A stretch of 64,000 nt of DNA from Macrostomum hystrix. Taxonomy: Eukaryota > Animalia > Platyhelminthes. Under the pieces are notes generated by a model. It saw nothing but the letters and a program-made list of their open reading frames with translations. It did not search any database and had not been told where the DNA came from. A program made the translations under genes and the position numbers. Each line of letters opens with the position of its first letter. Position 1 is the first letter of the stretch. This document shows, one piece after another, positions 34,009 to 46,000 of the stretch. Location: the NCBI GenBank assembly GCA_950097015.1, contig CATNEN010000032.1:868001-932000 (forward strand), written 5' to 3'.

Positions 34009-37000
34009 CTGCGGTGGGTGAGAAAAACTGAAAATGCTCAAAATACCAGGTAATTTTAAGTACCGCTTCTCTTTTTACTAATCCTCTCTCGGGCCTCACC
34101 AATGACCGCAGCACAGCTGAATAGCCACATGAACAAGCGGTCTAGCACTACGGCCACGTACTTCCAGTCATCGCGAATCTGGACAAAAGATAGAAATGAT
34201 AACCTTCGATGCATATAGGAAACTTCAATACTGCACATCCCACAGCCGATAATCCCTCGGTAACTAGTTATTTTCAGAGAGTATTTCTACTTCGCTGTAT
34301 AGTGGAGGCATGATGTAAAACCAGTGCTTGGCGCATTAAAAGACTGTGTACATACGTTCAGTCCATGGACTGGGTGGGTCACCACACCCACCCTGATCTC
34401 TACCCCAGCTATTGCTCGTACTCATTTGTCCAGCTGCTCAAGCATGCAGATTGCTTCTCCAGGGCAGTGATTCGATTAGTTTTTTTTCACAAACCGTGTT
34501 TCGCTCGTCCTCCTTCTTCATGTGCGTGGCGATGTTGCGCACGCCCTCCAGCGCCAGCTCGATCTCGTTGATGATGCCGGAGCTGGTCATAGCGGTTCGT
34601 CGGCTGCGCAGCCGCTCGCGCATCACCTCGCCGTCGTCAAATTCGTCGGCTAAGAAAGCGCAGAGAGCCTCCGTGTCAGTGCCGCCGAAATTCGGGATCA
34701 CCTGCGGGCGGAGGGGGACGAATGTACTTCTATTTAAAATGACGATTGTACTTTTATTTAAAATGACGAATGCACTTTTATTTAAAATTACAAATGAACT
34801 TTTTTAATAACGAATATACTTTGATTTTGATTGAAGAGAAACCAAAATTAAATTTCTACAAAATGAATGTTGCTTAATTAAAAATGATTGACATCTTTTT
34901 GTTTTACCACAATTTAGTTAAACTTTTTATGCATTTAATTAAATTTAACGTGTGAAACGTTGTCTTTTTGGTTGTGTAAAACGCAATTTTTTTAATACGA
35001 ACGTAGCGAAAGAAATAACTTATGAGTGAGTTCGCCTGAGCACACACGCACACACACATACTATTCGCCGGCACACACTCAGACTTTCTCATTGTCAGGC
35101 AGTGTACACTTTCACTGTACCTGAATGAATGAATGAATGTGGCCTCGCCGCAGAATCGAATAAACAAATAAAAATAATGGTTTCATTCGTTAATGGTTTC
35201 GTTTCGTTTCTAAATTGTTTCTCTTTCTGGTAAAAGTACACTGACTGTTGTTAAAACAATTTTAAGCCTATCGGTTGTTGCTTAAATGAGTTTATTTCTG
35301 TATGCATTCGGATATTGTGTAAGATTAGTATTTTAGTATATGCTCACATTCTTTCAGCTAAACAAAGTAGAACATCAACCATCATCTTCGACATTGCAAA
35401 TTGCACAGCTGATAAAAGTGTTTGCAGACGGTCCCTCGAACCCATCCCTTACCTCAGCTACCTCCTGACATGCACTTTTATGCTTTATGTTACTTTGTGC
35501 TTGGTAATAATACTTTTTAAAAGCTTTTTTTGTAAACTTACTGAAAGAAAGAAGTAGTGAATCACATAAGAATTCAACAGAACCATCTAGAAAGTTTTGA
35601 GGTCGTTCAGACAAGGATTTTAATCTAACAATAGGTATCAGACCTGTACTATAGGTCCAGAAAAGCCTGCATAATAGACTAAAAAGTAAAGGAGAAATTC
35701 TACCATCTCAGAATCTCTTAAAATATCTCAGAATCTCATGCGTCATCTCAGAATCTCATGCGTCATCTCAGAATCTCTTAAAATATCTCAGAATCTCATG
35801 CGTCATCTCAGAATCTCATGCATAATCTCAGAATCTCATACATCATCTCAGAATCTCATGTGTCATCTCAGAATCTCGTGCACCATCTCAGAATCTCATA
35901 CATCATCTCAGAATCTCATGCGTCATCTCAGGCTCACCTCCTCTTTCCTGCGTTCAGTCTCCGGCTTCTTCATCAGCAGCAGTTTAGGCAGGGTTCTCAT
36001 GAACACCTGGCGTACCCAGGGCGCCATGACGTAGGTGTCTGGCGATCGCCAGTGCACATTCAGCACAATGACCGTGGCCATGACCGACAATGTGACCAGG
36101 ATCATTGTGAACAGCAGGTATTTGAGAATCAGCGGCACCACCAGCGAGGTTGGCGGGCAGATGTCGAAGATAAGCAGGAAGAACACGGTCAGCGACAGCA
36201 GGATGTTGATTGACAGGGACATCTTCTCACCGGACTCGCCGGGCAGGTAGAATACCAGGATGGTTAGGAAGCTGATGGCCAGGCAGGGGCAGATGAGGTT
36301 CACGCCGTAGAATAGGGTCTTCCGGCGCATGTTAAGCGAGAAGGTCAGGTCCAGGTAGGGCTCTGGGCAGCACTTGTACTTTTCAATGTTGCGCTTGGCG
36401 GAGACCTCTGGAATTGATCAGATTTTGAGCTGGTAAGTAATCCACGAAATGTCTGCAGATCGACTAAATCACGAAAGTGACAAAATCATGACCTGACTCG
36501 GAAGTTCTAAAAGTAATTAACTATCTGCCGAAAGTCCACTAGGAATACCGGGCAAAACGTGAGTGTAGAAGTAAAAAATCACTGATAAAGAATTTGAAAC
36601 CCAAGAATTCCATGACCCTATACCTGCAATCCAAGCATTCCATGCCACTGAACCTGAGAAACCCAAGAAATCCATGCCCCTGAACCTGCAATCCAAGCAT
36701 TCCATGCCACTGAACCTGAGAAATCCAATAAATCCATGCCCCTGAACCTGAGAAACCCAAGAATTCGATGCCCTGAACCTGAGAAACCCAAGAATTCGAT
36801 TCCCTGAACCTGAGAAACCCAAGAATTCGATGCCACTGAACCTGAGAAACCCAAGAATTCGATTCCCTGAACCTGAGAAACCCAAGAATTCCATGCCCTG
36901 AACCTGAGAAACCCAAGAATTCCATGACCCTGAACCTGAGAAACCCAAGAATTCCATGACCCTGAACCTGAGAAACCCAAGCATTCCATGACCCTGAACC

Positions 37001-40000
37001 TGAGAAACCCAAGAATTCGATGCCCTGAACCTGAGAAACCCAAGCATTCCATGACCCTGAACCTGAGAAACCCAAGCATTCCATGACCCTGAACCTGAGA
37101 AACCCAAGCATTCCATGACCCTGAACCTGAGAAACCCAAGAATTCCATGCCACTGAACCTGAGAAACCCAAGAATTCCATGCCACTGAACCTGAGAAACC
37201 CAAGAATTCCATGCCACTGAACCTGAGAAACCCAAGAATTCCATGACCCTGAACCTGAGAAACCCAAGCATTCCATGACCCTGAACCTGAGAAACCCAAG
37301 CATTCCATGACCTGAACCTGAGAAACCCAAGCATTCCATGACCTGAACCTGAGAAACCCAAGCATTCCATGACCTGAACCTGAGAAACCCAAGAATTCCA
37401 TGACCCTGAACCTGAGAAACCCAAGCATTCCATGACCCTGAACCTGAGAAACCCAAGCATTCCATGACCTGAACCTGAGAAACCCAAGCATTCCATGACC
37501 TGAACCTGAGAAACCCAAGAATTCCATGACCCTGAACCTGAGAAACCCAAGCATTCCATGACCTGAACCTGAGAAACCCAAGCATTCCATGACCTGAACC
37601 TGAGAAACCCAAGCATTCCATGACCTGAACCTGAGAAACCCAAGAATTCCATGACCCTGAACCTGAGAAACCCAAGAATTTCATGCCCTGAACTTGCAAT
37701 GCAGAGTTCACGACACGAAAGTCTACCAATGCGAGAACCCCAAAAACGGAATCCTAACAGAATGCCACCCGAGGCCCAAGTAGTTCCCGGGGATATTTGC
37801 CCAGCCACTGAGCCAGATTGCAGGTGGCGACGGCCCACTCGAGGAACTCCGGCATCATCACGCGCACTCGTCAAACACAGCTCGTCTCCGACACCCCCTC
37901 CCCTCACCTGAAAATCCCCCAAGCTGGGAGAAAGTTGATTAAGCAAGCAGCGCCAGAGTGGGTCAGCTTCCAGTTGCCTCAAATCCCAGGAGCAAAGTAG
38001 CTTTCCCCACGCAAGCCGAGAAAGCGCTGGCAGTCAGAAAGGGCCAGATAAACCGAAAGATAAAGTCATCAGGATACGGGGATTTAGCGAGAAATAGCTC
38101 AGCCGCAATATCTACCAAGAACTCGCCTCAGTTTTCTCACGCATTTGATAGTCCCAACACACAGAATATTCGCCTAGCAACACACCAAGCCTTCCGGATA
38201 GTCCCAACACATAGAATATTCGCCTAGCAACACACCAAGCCTTCCGGATAGTCCCAACACACAGAATATTCGCCTAGCAACACACCAAGACTTCCGGATA
38301 GTCCCAACACACAGAATATTCGCCTAGCAACACACCAAGCCTTCCGGATAGTCCCAACACACAGAATATTCGCCTAGCAACACACCAAGCCTTCCGGATA
38401 GTCCCAACACACAGAATATTCGCCTAGCAACACACCAAGCCTTCCGGATAGTCCCAACACACAGAATATTCGCCTAGCAACACACCAAGCCTTCCGGATA
38501 GTCCCAACACACAGAATATTCGCCTAGCAACACACCAAGCCTTCCGGATAGTCCCAACACACAGAATATTCGCCTAGCAACACACCAAGCCTTCCGGATA
38601 GTCCCAACACACAGAATATTCGCCTAGCAACACACCAAGCCTTCCGGATAGTCCCAACACACAGAATATTCGCCTAGCAACACACCAAGCCTTCCGGATA
38701 GTCCCAACACACAGAATATTCGCCTAGCAACACACCAAGCCTTCCGGATAGTCCCAACACACAGAATATTCGCCTAGCAACACACCAAGCCTTCCGGATA
38801 GTCCCAACACACAGAATATTCGCCTAGCAACACACCAAGCCCTCTCGCCATCTGAGACAGTGAGGCGGAGGAGCTGGAGAGTAGCAGGAGTGGAAGCAGG
38901 CATTCGTCACCAAATAATGTATAGCTAGCCTATGAAGAGCTCGCAGAGTGTAATCAGGGGGGGTAGGGAAGAAATCGTCGTGGGAGCAGGTGAAAGAATT
39001 AATGCGGGGTGTAGTGGTGGCTTGGAGTTTTCATATTTCAGCCTTCCAGCCAGCGAGCAGTGCTGAGCAGATGCGGTTAATCCCATTCTAAGTGAGACAG
39101 ATACAGGGCGACTGAGGCAGGGATTTGGCCTGGGCAGTGCTAATGTGATTGCTGTATGCTCATAGAGTTTACGCAAGCCCAAGACGCAGTAGCTGCGGCT
39201 CGGGTCAAGCTTGCTTCTTTGTGGCAAGGCTGCCGGCTGCAAAAGTGCAGGATAATTTCGTTGCGCTCTCAATGCGTTTGTCTATAGAAAGCGAGCTGCC
39301 AAATATTCAATCTGGGCAGGGAAGGTTATTCAGGATCCTGAATAACCTTCGGGTCTTCAAATACTCAGGATCCTGAATAACCTTCGGGTCTTTAAATACT
39401 CAGGATCCTGAATAACCTTCAGGTCTTCAAATACTCAGGATCCTGAATAACCTTCAGGTCTTCAAATACTCAGGATCCTGAATAACCTTCGGGTCTTCAA
39501 ATACTCAGGATCCTGAATAACCTTCAGGTCTTCAAATACTCAGGATCCTGAATAACCTTCAGGTCTTCAAATACTCAGGATCCTGAATAACCTTCGGGTC
39601 TTCAAATACTCAGGATCTAGAATAACCTTCAGTGCATAAAAAACTCAGGATCCTGAAAACCTTCAGGACTTGAAAAACTCAGGATCCTGAATAACCTTCA
39701 AGGCTTGAAAAACTCAGGATTCTGAATAACCTTCAGGGTTTCAAATACTCATGATCCTGAATAACCTTCAGGGTTTCAAATACTCATGATCCTGAATAAC
39801 CTTCAGGGTTTCAAATACTCATGATCCTGAATAACCTTCAGGGCTTAAAAAACACAGGATCCTGAATAGCCTTTAAGTCCAGGACCAGAACATTCATCAG
39901 GGCTATAAAGATCAATCACCCTGAACCTCCTATTGGAACAAGAAAGATTTAGTTTCCTGGAAAGCCCGGACAGCTCACCCAGAATGTCCCACTCCACATT

Positions 40001-43000
40001 GTCCACAAACTGGCTCAGGTCGATGGCGTAGTCGATGTAGGCCTCGCAATTGTCAAAGTTGCGCAGGCCGTTCCTGTCGGCCTCCTCCTTCTGCGCCACG
40101 TGGCGCAGGTCGATGAGGTAGCCGTTGTGAGTCCAGGTGCCTAGCTTCAGGGTGCAGTTCTGAGTGTCGAATGGGAAGAATTCGACGTTGATTTCGCACT
40201 GGCTTTTGAAGATGATTGGCGGCCGCCAGAGAATGGTGCCGTCATTGAGCACGTTGACCTTGTTGGCCGAGCTGCCCAGGTCCCAGTCCCCTCCGGCGCT
40301 GCGGGCATCGGCGATGACGAAGGATGAGTGCGGGTTAGCTCACACCAACCTCACGTCTCATGCTAACCTCACGTCTCATGCTAACCTCACGTCTCATGCT
40401 AACCTCACGTCTCATGCTAACCTCACGTCTCATGCTAACCTCACGTCTCATGCTAACCTCACGTCTCATGCTAACCTCACGTCTCATGCTAACCTCACGA
40501 CTCATGCTAAGCTCATTTCTCATGCTAACCTCACGTCTCATGCTAACCTCACGTCCCATGCTAACCTCACGTCTCATGCTAACCTCACGTCTCATGCTAA
40601 CCTCACGACTCATGCTAAGCTCATTTCTCATGCTAACCTCAGATCTCATGCTAACGTCATTTCTCATGCTAACCTCATTTCTCATGCCAAACTCATATAT
40701 CAAGCCAACCTCATATCTCATGCCAACCTTATGTCTCATGCCAACGTCATGTCTCATGCCAGCCTCATATCTCTTGCTAACCTCATATCTCATGCCAACC
40801 TTATGTCTCATGCCAACGTCATGTCTCATGCCAGCCTCATGTCTCATGCTGACCTATATCGCATGTCCAACTCATGTCTCTTGTCAAACTCATATCTCGT
40901 GCTAGCCTCATGTCTCATGCTAAGATATCTTTCTTTAATATGAAATCAGTTTCTCACAGAAGTAATTTTCTATACACTATTTCGCTTGTTGTGTCATTTT
41001 GCATATTTTAGTGCCAGTGAATAATTTCTCAGTATTTTTTCACGTCACGGAAGCAAGAACAAGTTAGTTAACCTGAAGTGCAGCTCATAATCTTTCTCTA
41101 TTTTTGCCATGGAAGCGAAATGAGCACTAGACCATTTATCATTGACGTTTCCATTATAACTAATTTGACAGATAATTTAAGGCACTAATCAATCAATCAC
41201 GGAGGCTGGCTCGAGTCCCTCATATCGTAGATCAAAGAGATCTAGCCGACAGCCCCCAGCCCTCACTTGTTGTAGAGCACCAGGTCGGGTGTCCAGATAT
41301 CCTCGGATGGGATGTGAAGCTCCGTGATGTTGCCGTAGTGGGCCGGGTCCCAGATGAAGTTCGGGTCGTGCCACTGCTGTGACACCCACATGTTCAGCGT
41401 CACAATCTGGTTCTTCTCGTCCTGCCAGAGGTGATTTGACAAGTGCGACATATTAAAGTACATTGAAGATAATACGAGCTATAATGAAATGACAACTGAC
41501 CCAATTTGACAGACAGTATGCCAGGGGTTAGCGGAATGGGCGGTTCCCTCCGCCTCCTCGCTGCGTCCGCCGGGGCGGAGCACCCTGCAGCTAAGTCAAG
41601 TCAAGACCCAATTTGACTAGATGTATACTCAGTGGCAGCTATTGCGCGAAGGCTGTGTACAGCTCTTCAGTCCATGGACTGGGGGGGACGAAGCAACAAA
41701 CATAAAGTTTCAACCCCGCTGGTACCAAAATTCAGGAGGGCTGTGAGCAGTGGCACATCATTTGGTGACACTGGACCCGCAGCCAGCGAGGAGGCAATTC
41801 TGCCCATTTCGCTGACTCCTGAGCACACACACGCACAGATACTGTACGCAGGAACACGCTCACACAGGTGTGTACATCTGTCCTGTCTTTCTCATCTTCA
41901 AGCAGTGTACACTTTCACTGTGCCTTGGAGGTTGGCCCTCGAGGGTGTAAATTGCACGACAAGCCACCAAGCCTTCTCTCCGCGGCTGCGCACCAAATGA
42001 ATATGGCCTCGCCACGGAATCGAGCTCAGTGACCTTGGTGCGTCAAGTCAGAAGTTCAAAGCTGCAAGCATCGCCCTACAGCATCCTTAAAATGTCATCA
42101 TCAGAACATTAAGCTGAGACTTCGCAATGCCCATGTGAATTCAGCAAATAGTTCCGGAGGCAGACATGGCACGCAGGTGTAGCTGCAAAGAGATTTCAAT
42201 TTAGGCAAAATCCCAATGGGATATTTTGTTGAGAGGACTTGCATTGTGCTGCAAGCCTTTGCCACCTGTGGCGTGAAAAAAGTCAACATTTAATCATTTC
42301 TCCCTCTTCCTAACGGGCCAACCCGGTGGATCAATGACTTATCGACCTGGCCTTAATTATTTGGGACCTCAGCCAGTCCCATCTCCCAATGCACTGATGC
42401 AGCATTTTTCGCTAGCTTTTGGGAATTGCTTCAGTGAATATCCCCATCATTGGATGCATGCAGATAAAGAACAGGGTGTTCTCAGCGAGTCAGCCATTTA
42501 ATTTCACCAGTTTAAAGAATTCGCTGCTGAGAGCGCATTCCCTACTCACTTTGTTAATTTAGTTAATGAAATTCAATGCGGAGTTCACTACACTGCGAAC
42601 TCATCACTAATGTTTCTTTTCTGCCCAAAGAACTCTTAAATTCATAAATTGTAGGGCTGGAGATATATTTCTAGGAACTATTCTAGTACAGTTCGTGACG
42701 TCATTCATTCAAGCAGCAAGCATAATGTGTCCCTCGTAAATTACTGTCTCTAGCAAGTGACCAGATCTTATACGGCGGCTGTCTGACTGTCAGCCTGCTT
42801 GAAGACTGGAATAACTTTAATCCTCTGTTAATATTACGAGGGAATCTCCCCTGTCCCCTGTAATCCGTAAGTAAAAACCGGGGCTCACATCGATCTGGGC
42901 CCAAGTCGGGGGGGACAGCCTTCTTTGAGTCCGTTGCCGAGATGGGATATCTGGCGACATTACACTGGGGAGGGGGGGCGGGTAGAGAGGATTTCATTGT

Positions 43001-46000
43001 AAGCCGGGCTAGCCGGGGAACAGTGTGCGACTATCCGATCTTATCGACTGACTGACTGCCCGATGCTGACAATCGAACACAGCACGGTCTCTAGCACGAT
43101 AAGCTCTTCTGTGCTTGCAGCGTCAGTCAGGGCCAGAGAAGGCACAGTGGGACTCGAAATGCAGGTCCCATTGCCGCCTCAAAATATGCACCACTGGACA
43201 CTCAACCAGGCTATGAAAAGGATTAGCGTAATCCACGTCAACGAATGGCCAAGATTAAAATGAAAAATTAAAAGCACCCCATTTATTGAAAGACCCGACA
43301 ATGACTTGCTAGACACCATCCCACACTGTTAGACACCATCCCACACTGTGACACCATCCCACACTGTGACACCATCCCACACTGTGACACCATCCCATAC
43401 TGTTAGACACCATCCCATACTGTTAGACACCATCCCACACTGTTAGACACCATCCCACACTGTGACACCATCCCATACTGTTAGACGCCATCCCACACTG
43501 TTAGACACCATCCCACACTGTGACACCATCCCATACTGTTAGACACCATCCCACACTGTTAGACACCATCCCACACTGTTAGAGACCATCCCAGACTGTT
43601 AGACACCATCCCATACTGTTAGACTCCATCCCATACTGTTAGACACCATCCCGTACTGTTAGACACCATCCAATACTGTTAGACACCATCCCATACTGTT
43701 AGACACCATCCCGTACTGTTAGACACCATTCCACACTGTTAGAAACCATCCCACACTGTTAGAGACCATCCCACACTGTTAGACACCATCCGATGCTGTT
43801 AGACACCATCCATACTGTTAGACACCATCCCTTACTGTTAGACACTATCCCACACTGTTAGACACCATCCCACACTGTGACACCATCCCAGACTGTTAGA
43901 CACCATCCATACTGTTAGACACCATCCCTTACTGCTAGACACCATCCCACACTGTTAGACACCATCCCACACTGTGACACCATCCCAGACTGTTAGACAC
44001 CATCCCATACTGTTAGACGCCATCCCACACTGTTAGACACTATCCCACACTGTGACACCATCCCATACTGTTAGACGCCATCCCACACTGTTAGACACCA
44101 TCCCACACTGTGACACCATCCCATACTGTTAGACGCCATCCCACACTGTTAGACACCATCCCACACTGTGACACCATCCCAGACTGTTAGACACCATCCC
44201 ATACTGTTAGACACCATCCCGTACTGTTAGACACCATCCAATACTGTTAGACACCATCCCATACTGTTAGACACCATCCCGTACTGTTAGACACCATTCC
44301 ACACTGTTAGAAACCATCCCACACTGTTAGAGACCATCCCACACTGTTAGACACCATCCCATACTGTTAGACACCATCCCATACTGTTAGACACCATCCC
44401 TTACTGTTAGACACTATCCCACACTGTTAGACACCATCCCAGACTGTTAGACACCATCCCACACTGTTAGACACCATCCCACACTGTTAGAGACCATCCC
44501 AGACTGTTAGACACCATCCCATACTGTTAGACTCCATCCCATACTGTTAGACACCATCCCGTACTGTTAGACACCATCCAATACTGTTAGACACCATCCC
44601 ATACTGTTAGACACCATCCCGTACTGTTAGACACCATTCCACACTGTTAGAAACCATCCCACACTGTTAGAGACCATCCCACACTGTTAGACACCATCCG
44701 ATGCTGTTAGACACCATCCCATACTGTTAGACACCATCCCTTACTGTTAGACACTATCCCACACTGTTAGACACCATCCCATACTGTTAGACACCATCCC
44801 ACACTGTTAGAGACCATCCCAGACTGTTAGACACCATCCCATACTGTTAGAGACCATCCCAGACTGTTAGACGCCATCCCACACTGTTAGACACCATCCC
44901 ACACTGTTAGACACCATCCCATACTGTTAGACACCATCCCACACTGTTAGACACCATCCCATACTGTTAGACACCATCGCATACTGTTAGACACCATCCC
45001 TTACTGCTAGACACCATCCCACACTGTTAGACACCATCCCACACTGTGACACCATCCCAGACTGTTAGACACCATCCCATACTGTTAGACGCCATCCCAC
45101 ACTGTTAGACACTATCCCACACTGTTAGAAACCATCCCACACTGTTAGAGACCATCCCACACTGTTAGACACCATCCGATGCTGTTAGACACCATCCATA
45201 CTGTTAGACACCATCCCTTACTGTTAGACACTATCCCACACTGTTAGACACCATCCCACACTGTGACACCATCCCAGACTGTTAGACACCATCCATACTG
45301 TTAGACACCATCCCTTACTGCTAGACACCATCCCACACTGTTAGACACCATCCCACACTGTGACACCATCCCAGACTGTTAGACACCATCCCATACTGTT
45401 AGACGCCATCCCACACTGTTAGACACTATCCCACACTGTGACACCATCCCATACTGTTAGACGCCATCCCACACTGTTAGACACCATCCCACACTGTGAC
45501 ACCATCCCATACTGTTAGACGCCATCCCACACTGTTAGACACCATCCCACACTGTGACACCATCCCAGACTGTTAGACACCATCCCATACTGTTAGACAC
45601 CATCCCGTACTGTTAGACACCATCCAATACTGTTAGACACCATCCCATACTGTTAGACACCATCCCGTACTGTTAGACACCATTCCACACTGTTAGAAAC
45701 CATCCCACACTGTTAGAGACCATCCCACACTGTTAGACACCATCCCATACTGTTAGACACCATCCCATACTGTTAGACACCATCCCTTACTGTTAGACAC
45801 TATCCCACACTGTTAGACACCATCCCAGACTGTTAGACACCATCCCACACTGTTAGACACCATCCCACACTGTTAGAGACCATCCCAGACTGTTAGACAC
45901 CATCCCATACTGTTAGACTCCATCCCATACTGTTAGACACCATCCCGTACTGTTAGACACCATCCAATACTGTTAGACACCATCCCATACTGTTAGACAC

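Noticed and set aside
36517-37982. 357-454-aa minus-strand ORFs
   Set aside because: 31-32-bp intronic array whose unit lacks stops; the flanking nAChR exons splice in frame without it.
30455-38841. CRISPR-like appearance of the 62-bp and 50-bp arrays
   Set aside because: No unique spacers, no cas genes, and a eukaryotic context; these are head-to-tail repeats.
42690-43060. Possible LTR/PBS (TGGCGAC) fragment
   Set aside because: No paired LTR, no TG...CA ends and no gag/pol similarity.
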